The notes under the pieces were generated by a model. It searched no databases, was not told the origin of the DNA, and saw only the letters and a list, made by a program, of their open reading frames with translations. From Christensenellaceae bacterium (lineage in GTDB: Bacteria; Bacillota; Clostridia; Christensenellales; SZUA-584), in the NCBI GenBank assembly GCA_963665005.2, contig CAXXTQ010000002.1, positions 12,964-76,963 on the forward strand: a stretch of 64,000 nucleotides of DNA, given 5' to 3'. A program made the translations under genes and the position numbers. Of this stretch, positions 9,370 through 19,156 are shown in pieces (the first letter of the stretch is position 1; each line of letters starts with the position of its first letter).

Positions 9370-11307
9370 TTATTTTATGGTCTGCTTATATTGTCGCTTT
9401 GTTACAAGATAGAAAACGCCGTAAACTAAAGTATACGCAGCATAAATAACACCCGATGTTTTAAGCACGCTTATGTATGAGCTCTCTGCCGGTATCATAT
9501 TAGAAAAAATCAAAGTATCGGCGGCTTTCATTGCAAACACGCTGTGCAGTATGCCAAGCAAAAGAGGTATTAAAAACATAGGCAGAAGCCTTTTTGTAAT
9601 TATCTTATTTTCCGTGTCGGTATCAACTCCGATTTTTCTCAGCATTTCATACTGGCTTTTTTCTTCTGCTGCCATTGCAACCTGTTTAAAATAGAGCATG
9701 CTGGCTGTCATTAAAATAAATACGGCACACATAAAAAACCCTATAAAACATACCATACCGAAAATTTCGAGCAGGCCGTTATAAGAATTGTACGATAAAA
9801 AATAGCTTCCTTGCCCGGTTTGAAGCAACTCGTTTAAATCTTTGGCAATATCTGCCGAATTCAAAGCATGATTATAATTGATCGCAGCGTAAGAAGCCGA
9901 TTCATCTAAATTAATATCACCTGTTGAATATAGCTGATCATAATCCTCATCGTTTAAAACGACAGTAAGATATCTTCCATTGCTGTATTCGGCGCCTCGA
10001 ATTACCCGTATACTCAAATCTCTGTCCGAAAAAGACAAAGCCGCGCTGCCCCATGAGGTATCGTTATGAAATTCATCTACTATTACAGCGCTGCCTTTTT
10101 TTACGCTGACCGATTTATCGTCGCTTTTTGATATGCTCTCAATATAATTATACTGACTTTGTGAATATACTCTGAGCGGCGCGTTATCCTCAAAATAATA
10201 CTCACTGTTTTCCGGAATATCTATTGCCTCTGGCTGCGCGATATTGCTTTCGAATATAATTTCATCAGTTATTGTCTCGCCGTGGTTTTGTATGATATTA
10301 CGTACGCCATTCATAAGATTTTCGTCAGCATTCTCAAAGTATACATCGAAACCTTTTGTTTCATACGTTATATCCTCGGCGTTTCTAAACAGCGTATGTC
10401 CGAACGATATAGCTGTTGTTCCAATTGCTACGAGTATCGTTATGGTTGCCATAGTTGCCGCCATAGTCTTCGCTCTGTGCGATAGCAAAGAAACGGCAGC
10501 CAGTTTTGTTCCTTTATAATATGTTTTAGTATTTCTTTTTATCAAATGCAGTATTTTCTGAAGCCCGCCCCGAAAAAATATATACGTTCCGGCAATTACT
10601 ATTATCAATATCGGAATTATCAGAATTGCAAGCTGTGAGACTTCCTGCGTAAAAAAAGCATAATAATATCCGCCTAAAATCAGTATAAGCGAAATGGCAA
10701 GCAGCACATAAGAACCTTTAGATTTTCCTTCGGACACTTTTTCACCTTTGAATAGATCTACAAGTTTAAATTTATTTATCACCCGAAGGCCCGAGAGCCC
10801 CATAAAACAAAAAATTATAGTGAAGATTACAAGCGTCTGCAGGGCGGCACCTATACCTATGCTAAACGTTACATTTCCCGTAAAGGCGGGCATGGCAAGC
10901 TTTAAAAGCGCCATTGCCGTTAATTTAGAAAAGAAAATTCCAAACGCTATTCCTGTAACCAATGCCAAAGAGCCTATCATCATAGTTTCCAAAAAAAACA
11001 GTTTTCCTATTTTAGAATTTTGCATACCGAACAATGCGTAAGTTGAAATTTCTTTTTTTCTTGACCGTATAAAGCTGTTATTAGAGCTTAAAAGAAAAAA
11101 CAACACAAAAACGAGTATAACTATCGCAAACGTAATGAAAACGATCACATACCTGTCGTCACCAAACGTTGCCTGTACGCTCTTATTATCGAGCAGAGCC
11201 AAAAAAGAATATATGGTGAAAACACTAAAGGCCATAGCAAAAAAATACATTGCGTATTTTTTCATATTATGACGCATGTTAGACAGCGCGATGGAAGAAA
11301 GCTTCAA
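9370..11307 (-). CDS. BceB-like FtsX-family ABC permease (10 TM, large extracellular loop)
   Basis: 645 aa with two FtsX-like TM bundles separated by a roughly 200-aa loop. TTG start overlaps the upstream ATPase stop (TTGA). Confidence 0.85.
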   Translation of the reverse strand: MKLSSIALSNMRHNMKKYAMYFFAMAFSVFTIYSFLALLDNKSVQATFGDDRYVIVFITFAIVILVFVLFFLLSSNNSFIRSRKKEISTYALFGMQNSKIGKLFFLETMMIGSLALVTGIAFGIFFSKLTAMALLKLAMPAFTGNVTFSIGIGAALQTLVIFTIIFCFMGLSGLRVINKFKLVDLFKGEKVSEGKSKGSYVLLAISLILILGGYYYAFFTQEVSQLAILIIPILIIVIAGTYIFFRGGLQKILHLIKRNTKTYYKGTKLAAVSLLSHRAKTMAATMATITILVAIGTTAISFGHTLFRNAEDITYETKGFDVYFENADENLMNGVRNIIQNHGETITDEIIFESNIAQPEAIDIPENSEYYFEDNAPLRVYSQSQYNYIESISKSDDKSVSVKKGSAVIVDEFHNDTSWGSAALSFSDRDLSIRVIRGAEYSNGRYLTVVLNDEDYDQLYSTGDINLDESASYAAINYNHALNSADIAKDLNELLQTGQGSYFLSYNSYNGLLEIFGMVCFIGFFMCAVFILMTASMLYFKQVAMAAEEKSQYEMLRKIGVDTDTENKIITKRLLPMFLIPLLLGILHSVFAMKAADTLIFSNMIPAESSYISVLKTSGVIYAAYTLVYGVFYLVTKRQYKQTIK

Positions 11308-12059
11308 TTTTTTTCACCTCCGAGCACGCTCATTACATTCATAATAGAGTCAAAAAATTCTTTTCTGTCGTCGCTTGCATAAAGCTGGTTATAGATTTCG
11401 CCGTCACTTATGAATAATATTTTATGGCAATAACTCGCGGCATAAGCGTCATGAGTTACCATGAGTATAGTTGCTTTATACCGCTCGTTTATATGTTCGA
11501 ACAAGCAAAGAAGCGCTTTGCCCGATTTTGAATCAAGATTGCCGGTGGGCTCGTCCGCAAGTATTATTCTCGGCTGTGTTATAAGTGCTCTGCATGCGAC
11601 TGCCCTTTGCTGTTCCCCGCCCGAAACTTCGTAAATATATTTATCTAAAACATCGGTGATACCAAGGTCTTTTGCCAATACGTTTAGCTTATTTTCCATT
11701 TCATCAGCGCGCATGCCCGACAGCGCAAGCGGTAGTATTATATTCTCTTTTAGTGTCATGGATTGCAGCAAATTGTAATCCTGAAATATAAAACCTATGT
11801 TTCTCATTCTGTGTTCTGCAAGCTCTTTTTTGCTTAGCATGGATACATCCTTGTCGCCCATCTGCAGAGTGCCTGTCGTAAGAGTATCAATGCTGCCTAT
11901 AATGTTAAGCAATGTCGATTTGCCCGCGCCCGAAGGCCCCATTATGCCTATAAAATCACCTTGGTTAACTTCAAGTGAAATATTTTTTAGTGCAACATAC
12001 TGCTTATTTTTTTTCGAACCGTATATTTTACTTAAATTCTTTGCTTTTAATATCTGCAT
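11304..12059 (-). CDS. BceA-like ABC ATP-binding protein
   Basis: Walker A GPSGAGKST, signature SGGEQQR, Walker B ILADEPTGNLD. Start trimmed to ATG 12059 (MQILKAKNL), preceded by GGAGAA. Confidence 0.9.
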   Translation of the reverse strand: MQILKAKNLSKIYGSKKNKQYVALKNISLEVNQGDFIGIMGPSGAGKSTLLNIIGSIDTLTTGTLQMGDKDVSMLSKKELAEHRMRNIGFIFQDYNLLQSMTLKENIILPLALSGMRADEMENKLNVLAKDLGITDVLDKYIYEVSGGEQQRAVACRALITQPRIILADEPTGNLDSKSGKALLCLFEHINERYKATILMVTHDAYAASYCHKILFISDGEIYNQLYASDDRKEFFDSIMNVMSVLGGEKN

Positions 12060-12157
12060 ATTTTTCTCCCTTTTTGTTATAAAAAAATTATACATTAAAA
12101 ATGTTAATGCAAAAATCGCTTAACCTTACATTTTTATAAATTCAGCTAACATTTTTG

Positions 12158-13144
12158 TCACATGGATTTTTTATTTGAAAATATCAAACTGAACTGTGCG
12201 TATTCACCGTATTTTGAGGCCGCCGTTAAACAGTGCCCGAGTTTATCCGCCAGTTTTTTAGATAAGTATAAGCCATAACCGGTAGAAGCAAGCCCGCTTC
12301 GGTTATCGTTTGACGTATATCCCCTGTTAAAAATATGCTGCAAGTCAGAATTTCTTATGCCCTGTCCTGTGTTTTTTATGCTGATTGTAACATCATCTTT
12401 ATCTTTAGTTGTTTTTATCGTGATTTCTCCGTTTGGCGGAGTACGCTTTACAGCGTTTGACAAAAGCTGGGATATAATATAACCGCTCCATTTCGAATCG
12501 GTCAGTACCGTAAAATCTTCGTCGCCGAGTTTTAACGTTATCTTTTTGTAAGCGAAAAAGGTGGAGAACTGCTTCAAAGATGTGTTTATCAGGCTTCTCG
12601 TGCTAACTTGCGATATTGTATAATCGTCATAAAAGCTTCTTGATTTTATATGAAAGAGCACTTTCTGCGTGTTTTGCTGTATGGCTGAAAGCTCCATTTC
12701 AAGCCTTTCTTTTACATTTTCCATATCGCTTTCGAGCAAAAGCTTCATAGCCGATATAGGCACTTTTACGTCATGCACCCATTTTGTTATAAAGTCTAGT
12801 TCATCGGCAGAGCTGCTTACTACCTGTGCGCGATACCGGTTAAACTCGTTTGCAAGCTGAGTTATATCTTTAGAATAAATCCTGTCGCTCGGGAAGGAAA
12901 ACTCTTCATTGCCCGTACCTCCGTTTTTTATATATTCGGATAGTTTTTTTATTCTCGATTTTGTTATAAAAAAGTCGACTACTATATAGAAAACCAGAAA
13001 CAACAATATGCCCGAAAAAACATATATCAAGTTTCCTGATAAAAGGCTCGTATCAATCAGCATTATCGCAAAAACGAACACTATGCAAACTATTATCATT
13101 ACGAACATATACCATTTTTCTTTTATGTAATCAAAAAAACTCAT
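12158..13144 (-). CDS. BceS-like intramembrane-sensing histidine kinase
   Basis: 328 aa, two N-terminal TM helices with almost no loop. H-box HDVKVPISA and HATPase motifs. ATGA overlap with the RR gene. Confidence 0.85.
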   Translation of the reverse strand: MSFFDYIKEKWYMFVMIIVCIVFVFAIMLIDTSLLSGNLIYVFSGILLFLVFYIVVDFFITKSRIKKLSEYIKNGGTGNEEFSFPSDRIYSKDITQLANEFNRYRAQVVSSSADELDFITKWVHDVKVPISAMKLLLESDMENVKERLEMELSAIQQNTQKVLFHIKSRSFYDDYTISQVSTRSLINTSLKQFSTFFAYKKITLKLGDEDFTVLTDSKWSGYIISQLLSNAVKRTPPNGEITIKTTKDKDDVTISIKNTGQGIRNSDLQHIFNRGYTSNDNRSGLASTGYGLYLSKKLADKLGHCLTAASKYGEYAQFSLIFSNKKSM

Positions 13145-13815
13145 ATAAGCTTATACCCTTCGCCCTTAACTGTTCCGATAATATCTTCTTGCTTTATGTC
13201 CTTTAGTTTTTTGCGAAGCCTGTTCACATTAACGGTCAAAGTGTTTTCATCCACGAACTGCTCGTCTTCCCAAAGCGATTTTATAAGCGCCGCCCTGCTG
13301 ACGATTTTTCCCGAAGCTTTTATGAGCATCAGCAATATCCTGCAGTCATTACGCGCAAGTGTTACTTCGGTACCATTGCATGTTGCCACAGCTTTTTCAA
13401 GGTCAAGCACTATATCTTTATAAGATATTATGCTGTATGTGTTATCCACGTAATCGTAAGCGCGCCGCAGCGCCGCCTTGATTTTTGCAATAAGAACATC
13501 GACGGAAAACGGCTTTTCTATATAATCGTCTCCTCCGCCCGTAATAGCGCGTATTTTATCAGAATCGTCAGCTCTCGATGATATAAAAATTATGGGTATA
13601 TTAGATGCTTTTCTTATTTTTTCGCACCAATAAAACCCGTCATAATAAGGCAGGTTAATATCCATAAGCACGAGATGAGGCTTTATTTCAAGATGTTTTT
13701 TAAATACATTTTCAAAATCTTTCACCTCGAAAGATTCCAATCCCCATTTATTAAGTTTTTCATGCAGTATAGACGAAATTGTGGTGTCGTCTTCTACTAT
13801 CAGTATCTTATACAT
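13141..13815 (-). CDS. BceR-like OmpR-family response regulator
   Basis: Receiver (ILIVEDD, LVLMDINLP) plus a winged-helix C-terminus (TVKGEGYKL). Confidence 0.9.
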   Translation of the reverse strand: MYKILIVEDDTTISSILHEKLNKWGLESFEVKDFENVFKKHLEIKPHLVLMDINLPYYDGFYWCEKIRKASNIPIIFISSRADDSDKIRAITGGGDDYIEKPFSVDVLIAKIKAALRRAYDYVDNTYSIISYKDIVLDLEKAVATCNGTEVTLARNDCRILLMLIKASGKIVSRAALIKSLWEDEQFVDENTLTVNVNRLRKKLKDIKQEDIIGTVKGEGYKLI

Positions 13816-13836
13816 TAAAAATCACCCCGCGGCTTT

Positions 13837-14061
13837 TCAGCGCATAAATTCATACATATCATCGGCTTTTTCGCTGACGAATTTCTGCATGTCAATCACC
13901 GCCTGATTATATATTCCAGGCCCTATTTTCTCTAGTATAAAATCGAGTATCAGTTTGCTTTGCAGCTCTCCTATAGACTCGTCCCTTTCGCACTCAAAAT
14001 AATTTTTTAGTTCCTGCGTCGCCGCATCGTATCGCTCTTTATCTAGTTCAATCTTGCTCAT
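13837..14061 (-). CDS. DUF2164-like small protein
   Basis: 74 aa from ATG 14061 (GGAG upstream). Sequence pattern ELQSKLILDFILEKIGPGIYNQAV resembles the DUF2164 family. Confidence 0.5.
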   Translation of the reverse strand: MSKIELDKERYDAATQELKNYFECERDESIGELQSKLILDFILEKIGPGIYNQAVIDMQKFVSEKADDMYEFMR

Positions 14062-14134
14062 ATTATACTCCAAATTTTTTTGATTTGTCTTTATTATACT
14101 ATATATTTCCTTATGGTTCCTCTATCTTTTTATA

Positions 14135-14161
14135 TAAAAAAGAACGCTCATTAAACGTTCT
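14135..14161 (-). terminator. Weak rho-independent terminator downstream of typA
   Basis: 6-bp stem agaacg/cgttct with a 9-nt loop, then TTTTTT on the minus strand. Confidence 0.35.
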
Positions 14162-14215
14162 CTTAGAATGTGCCATTTTGAATGAACGAAGCGAATGAAG
14201 AATCTTTCGCATTTA

Positions 14216-16024
14216 TTATTTTTGCGACTTGGCTCTGTCCGTTTTTCCGAGCACTGCTTTTCGCAAGCGTATGCTCATTGGCGTAACCTCTACAAGCTCG
14301 TCATCGGCGATAAACTCAAGTGATTGCTCTAAGCTAAGCACGGCAGCAGGCGTTAATTTCAGCGCTTCGTCAGAGCCCGAAGCCCTGGTGTTCGTAAGCT
14401 GTTTTTTCTTGCAAACGTTTATCACGATATCTTCCGCGCGCGCGTTCTCTCCGACTATCATTCCTTCGTATACTTTTGTTCCTGCGCCTATAAATAGCCG
14501 CCCTCTCTCCTGTGCATTAAAAAGCCCGTATGCTGTGCTTTCTCCGAGCTCATGCGAAATTATAGACCCTCTCTGGCGCTCGGGGATATCGCCCGCGTAG
14601 TCGCGGTAACCACAGAAAATATGATTGAGTATACCATTTCCTTTTGTGTCCGTCATAAACTCGTTTCTATAGCCTATAAGCCCCCTTGCCGGTATCTTGA
14701 ACTCAAGCCTTGTGCTTGCCCCTTCTGTGCTCATATCGACAAGCGACGCTTTTCTCGTATTAAGCTTATCTATTACTACTCCTGTGTATTCGCCCGGAAC
14801 ATCTATCATCAAAAGCTCGAAAGGCTCCTGCCTTCTTCCTTTTTCCTCTTTGAATATAACGCGCGGCCGAGATACCGCAAACTCGTAGCCTTCTCTTCTC
14901 ATTGTCTCTATCAAAATAGACAGATGAAGCTCTCCTCTTCCCGATACTTTAAAAGAATCGGTAGACTCCGTTTCCTCTACCCTTAAGCTGACGTTTGTCT
15001 CAAGCTCCCGCGTGAGCCTCTCTTTTATATTTCGCGTTGTTACGTATTTGCCTTCTTTTCCGGCAAAAGGGCTGTTGTTTACTATAAACTGCATAGATAC
15101 TGTAGGTTCGTCTATTTTTACAAACGGCAGCGGCTCTATACATTCGGGATCGCAGACAGTTTCGCCTATGTTTATTCCCGGTATGCCAGCTATAGCGATT
15201 ATGTCGCCAAATCTGGCGCTGTCCGTTTCTGTTCTTGTAAGCCCCGAAAACTCAAAAAGCTTTGTTATTTTAACGTTTTGCGAACTGCCGTCGTCTTTGC
15301 ACAGCACAGCCGGCATACCTCTTTTCGCCATACCGCGCTCTACCCTGCCTATACCTATTCTTCCGAGATATTCATCGTAGTCTATGTTGCTTATAAGTAT
15401 CTGGAGATTTCCGTCTTTATCGCCCTTTGGCGCGGGCACATGTTCTAAAATTGCCTCAAACAGCACGGACATATCTTTTTGCTGCCCACCCGGCACGAGC
15501 GACGCTGTTCCCTCTTTTGCCGAAGTATAAATCACGGGAAAATCAAGCTGGTCATCCTGCGCGTCAAGCGCTATAAATAAATCGATAATACCGTCAACAA
15601 CTCTTTCGGGGTCTGCGCCCGGCCTGTCTATCTTGTTTACCACAGCCATCACATGCTTTTTTAGTGCAAGCGCTTTTTTTAGTACAAAACGCGTTTGGGG
15701 CATACACCCCTCAAAAGCATCCACGAGCAAAAGCACGCTGTCTACCATGGTCAGCACGCGCTCTACCTCTCCGCCAAAATCGGCGTGCCCGGGGGTATCA
15801 ACTATGTTTATCTTTATTCCTTTATATTCAACGGCGGTGTTTTTAGAGAGTATGGTTATTCCCCGCTCCTGCTCTAAGTCTCCCGAATCCATTACTCTTT
15901 CGCGTACCGTCTCGTTTGTACGAAATGTCCCCGACTGCCTAAGCATCTGGTCGACAAGCGTCGTCTTGCCGTGGTCGACATGCGCGACAATCGCTATATT
16001 TCGAATTTTATCCTGTGTTTGCAT
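14216..16024 (-). CDS. typA: Translational GTPase TypA/BipA
   Basis: 602 aa with G1 AHVDHGKTT, DTPGHADF and NKID, and EF-G-like domains. Confidence 0.95.
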   Translation of the reverse strand: MQTQDKIRNIAIVAHVDHGKTTLVDQMLRQSGTFRTNETVRERVMDSGDLEQERGITILSKNTAVEYKGIKINIVDTPGHADFGGEVERVLTMVDSVLLLVDAFEGCMPQTRFVLKKALALKKHVMAVVNKIDRPGADPERVVDGIIDLFIALDAQDDQLDFPVIYTSAKEGTASLVPGGQQKDMSVLFEAILEHVPAPKGDKDGNLQILISNIDYDEYLGRIGIGRVERGMAKRGMPAVLCKDDGSSQNVKITKLFEFSGLTRTETDSARFGDIIAIAGIPGINIGETVCDPECIEPLPFVKIDEPTVSMQFIVNNSPFAGKEGKYVTTRNIKERLTRELETNVSLRVEETESTDSFKVSGRGELHLSILIETMRREGYEFAVSRPRVIFKEEKGRRQEPFELLMIDVPGEYTGVVIDKLNTRKASLVDMSTEGASTRLEFKIPARGLIGYRNEFMTDTKGNGILNHIFCGYRDYAGDIPERQRGSIISHELGESTAYGLFNAQERGRLFIGAGTKVYEGMIVGENARAEDIVINVCKKKQLTNTRASGSDEALKLTPAAVLSLEQSLEFIADDELVEVTPMSIRLRKAVLGKTDRAKSQK

Positions 16025-16192
16025 AATAACCTCTTATGTTAATTTTTTTCAGCCGCACATGATTATATGCCTTTATTACCTATAATACAAGGTGTTTTAT
16101 AAGAAATGCATCCAAAATTTTTATATCCAGGCAGTTGATTGATAAGGCACATAAATAAAATGAAGAGCTGCGAGCCTCTCGTCATTCACTTT

Positions 16193-19156
16193 TTATCCAA
16201 CAGTCACTCCCGGACCCGAGAGAGTGCTCTTTCCGCCCGACAGTTTGTCTACCTGAACTTTTACGTTTATTCTCTCTTTTAGCGCGCCGACGTGTGATAT
16301 AACGCCGACAAGCTTATTCTCGCGATTGCCAAGCGACGAGAGCGTCTGAAGCGCGGCTTCGAGATAATCTTCATCGAGCGAGGCAAACCCTTCGTCTATA
16401 AAAAGCGAATCTATACGAGTTTTGTTAGACGACATCTCTGAAAGCCCGAGCGCTAATGCCATAGATACTATAAAGCTTTCTCCTCCTGAAAGATTGCTTA
16501 CAGGGCGTATATCGCCCGCCTGATAATTATCTAGCACGCTTATCTCGAGCGGCTTTGCGATGTTGCCTGAATCGCGCATTAGCAGATACCTGTCGCTCAT
16601 TTTCATAAGGTTCGCGTTAGCATACTGTAATAGAACTTCAAATGTGATACCCTGCGCCATACGGCTGAATTTGTCACCCGTTGCCGAGCCTATAAGCGCA
16701 TTGAGCCTGCTCCATTTCTCGTAAGCTTTTTTTAGCTGCTTTTCCTGGCTGCGCAAGTCTTTAAGCTGTTTTTTACGCTGATCGTTTGTTTCAAGCTGCT
16801 CCGCGACTCTGCCTTTTCTCTCCGTCTGTTTTGCCGACAACGCCCGCAGAGCGTTTGCCATACTGTTTATATCGCCGATGTTTCGCCCTGCGTCTTTTGA
16901 AACCTTTTGCGATAAATCGCAAATATCAGCAAATAATCCTCTTATTTCATCATCGCCGAAAACAGGCTCTGAACACATTTTATCCGCATTTTCCACAGCC
17001 TGCTTATACGCTTGCCCAAGCTTAATGTTCTGCTTCTCAATTTCTTTTTTTGTGCGCTCGATATCGTTTATATTCTGCTGTGCGTCGCTTTTTGCTTTTT
17101 GGCTTTTTTCACGGCACTCTTCTAAAACTTTCTGCGCTTCTTCAAGCAGCTTTTCCGCCATCTGCTCTTCTTTATCCGCCTGTCTTTGCCCGAAAATCTT
17201 TATGCGCTCCTGTACGTTTTTACCAAGCTCTTTTTGTGCTTTTTCTTTTGCTTCCTGCCTTTTTTCGTTGCGCAGCTGCGTATCTTTTATCGTCTGCTTA
17301 TTGTTGTCTATTATAAGCACGTCTTTATCCACTTCGCCGAGCTGCCTTGTGAATCTTGATACCTCGCCGCTGGCGGCGCTGTGCTCTTTTAGAAGCTCAG
17401 AATATTTTCGCATTATAACCTTCGCTTCATCTATCAGCTCTTCTATCTTTTTTTCGGCCGTGTCATCTATAAAATCAACGCCCGTATCTTCAAGCCTTGC
17501 GCCTATCCCCGCCAGCCTTACTTTATTCTCATTGATAACAGCGGTTTTTTCTTTGACCAGTTTATCTTCGGCGGCAAGGCTGCTTTTTATATCTATAATA
17601 TCCCGCTTTGTTTTTTCTATCTCTTTTAAAAGCAGAGTTTTTTGCTCGTTTATATATTGTAAGTTTTTTTCGGCTTGCTCTGCATCAATGCCCGGATGAT
17701 GCAAAGCGCCGCAAAGCGGGCATGGTTTTCCGTCCTCTAATTTGCTGCGCTCCTGCCCAAACTTTTCTTCGAGCCTTGCGAGCAAAAGTTTTTCCTGCAT
17801 CTCTTCATTTTTAGCTTTTTGCTCTTTTTCTTTTTCCTCAAGCTTTTCCGCTTTTTTATAAAGCTCTGACTGCCGAATTTCAGACAACAAAACGGCTCTT
17901 TGCGACTGCGCTATAGGCAAAGCGATTTCGAGCAGGTCTGCCCTTGCCTGCCAGTATTTTTCATCTTTTCCTGCAAGAGTTTTTTCTATCTTGCCGCGCA
18001 TATTTTTTTCTTTGTCAGTCGCGCCTTTTAAATCCGCCTTGGCTTCCGCGCGTATTATATCGGCCGCATCGTGTGTCTCATACAAGCTTTTTAGTTTTGC
18101 GTTGTCCGCGCCGGGCAGGTACTTTTTAAAAAGATTAAGAATTACCGATTTATATTCGCGTATCTTTTTTTCATCGCCGTCTATCTCGCTTTCTATTCTT
18201 TTAATATTGTTTTTTTCCACTGCTATTTTATTGTCGAGTTCCCTGACTGTTTTAAGCGTTTTTTGCAGATCTGACTGCTGCTGTTTTGTCTTTTGCTCAT
18301 TTATTTTGGCCGTTTCAAATTTCTTATTTTGCTCTAAAAGCTCTTGTTCAAGCCGCTTTTTTTCTTTCTCGTATACTTCAAGAGACTCTTGCAGCTCTGC
18401 TGCTTTTTTTATTGACTCCGCGCAAAACACAAACCTTTCGCCAAGCTCGCTGTATTCGGCAATCGCGCCGCCAAGCTGCTTAGCCTCATTTTCGAGCTCT
18501 TTTTGGCGGACATCATCAAGCACATTAACCGCGTCTATCTTAGTTCTTATCTCAAAAAGCCCCGCTTCGTGTTTCTTTGCTCTTTGATAAACAGCTATAG
18601 ATATATTGCGGTAGATATCCATATCAGAAATCTGCTCTAATATTCCCGCCCTCGTATTAGAGTCCGCTTTTAAAAACTCTGTGAACTCAAACTGCGCAAG
18701 CATTATAGACCGACGGAACTGGTTATAGTCTAGCCCAGTTATTTCGGTGATTTTCGCATTTACCTCTTTTATCATACTGGCAATGATACTTCCCGTGCCG
18801 TCCTGCCCGTATTCAATAACCTCTCTTTTTACCTGGCGAAAAGGGTTTTGCCCCTTTGCCCTCGCGTGAGAAAATACCGCTTTATATTTTTTGCCTCTCG
18901 ACCAGAAAGTAACCTCTGCGCCGCATTCGCTTTCCGCTTTTGTCATTATCTCGTTTTGCGTTTCGCTAATCATATTTATACGCGGCGTTTTTCCGTACAA
19001 CGCCAGGCATATGGCATCGAATATGGTGCTTTTTCCGGCGCCCGAAGGCCCAACTATCGCGAAAAGCCCTTCTGCGTAATCGCTTTGCGTAAAATCTATC
19101 TCGAAAGTTCCGGCAAGAGAATTTATATTGTGAATGAGCACCTTTTCTATTCGCAT
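16193..19156 (-). CDS. sbcC: SbcC-type SMC-like ATPase (nuclease SbcCD subunit C)
   Basis: 987 aa. Walker A GPSGAGKST, long coiled coil with CPLC zinc hook, LSGGESF signature, LFIDEGF Walker B. Confidence 0.9.
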   Translation of the reverse strand: MRIEKVLIHNINSLAGTFEIDFTQSDYAEGLFAIVGPSGAGKSTIFDAICLALYGKTPRINMISETQNEIMTKAESECGAEVTFWSRGKKYKAVFSHARAKGQNPFRQVKREVIEYGQDGTGSIIASMIKEVNAKITEITGLDYNQFRRSIMLAQFEFTEFLKADSNTRAGILEQISDMDIYRNISIAVYQRAKKHEAGLFEIRTKIDAVNVLDDVRQKELENEAKQLGGAIAEYSELGERFVFCAESIKKAAELQESLEVYEKEKKRLEQELLEQNKKFETAKINEQKTKQQQSDLQKTLKTVRELDNKIAVEKNNIKRIESEIDGDEKKIREYKSVILNLFKKYLPGADNAKLKSLYETHDAADIIRAEAKADLKGATDKEKNMRGKIEKTLAGKDEKYWQARADLLEIALPIAQSQRAVLLSEIRQSELYKKAEKLEEKEKEQKAKNEEMQEKLLLARLEEKFGQERSKLEDGKPCPLCGALHHPGIDAEQAEKNLQYINEQKTLLLKEIEKTKRDIIDIKSSLAAEDKLVKEKTAVINENKVRLAGIGARLEDTGVDFIDDTAEKKIEELIDEAKVIMRKYSELLKEHSAASGEVSRFTRQLGEVDKDVLIIDNNKQTIKDTQLRNEKRQEAKEKAQKELGKNVQERIKIFGQRQADKEEQMAEKLLEEAQKVLEECREKSQKAKSDAQQNINDIERTKKEIEKQNIKLGQAYKQAVENADKMCSEPVFGDDEIRGLFADICDLSQKVSKDAGRNIGDINSMANALRALSAKQTERKGRVAEQLETNDQRKKQLKDLRSQEKQLKKAYEKWSRLNALIGSATGDKFSRMAQGITFEVLLQYANANLMKMSDRYLLMRDSGNIAKPLEISVLDNYQAGDIRPVSNLSGGESFIVSMALALGLSEMSSNKTRIDSLFIDEGFASLDEDYLEAALQTLSSLGNRENKLVGVISHVGALKERINVKVQVDKLSGGKSTLSGPGVTVG

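Noticed and set aside
16878-17699. 273-aa plus-strand ORF (and several shorter ones) antisense to sbcC.
   Set aside because: It is a low-complexity Ser/Phe/Cys-rich translation produced by reading the Lys/Glu-rich coiled-coil codons backwards. It has no RBS and lies entirely inside a well-supported gene.
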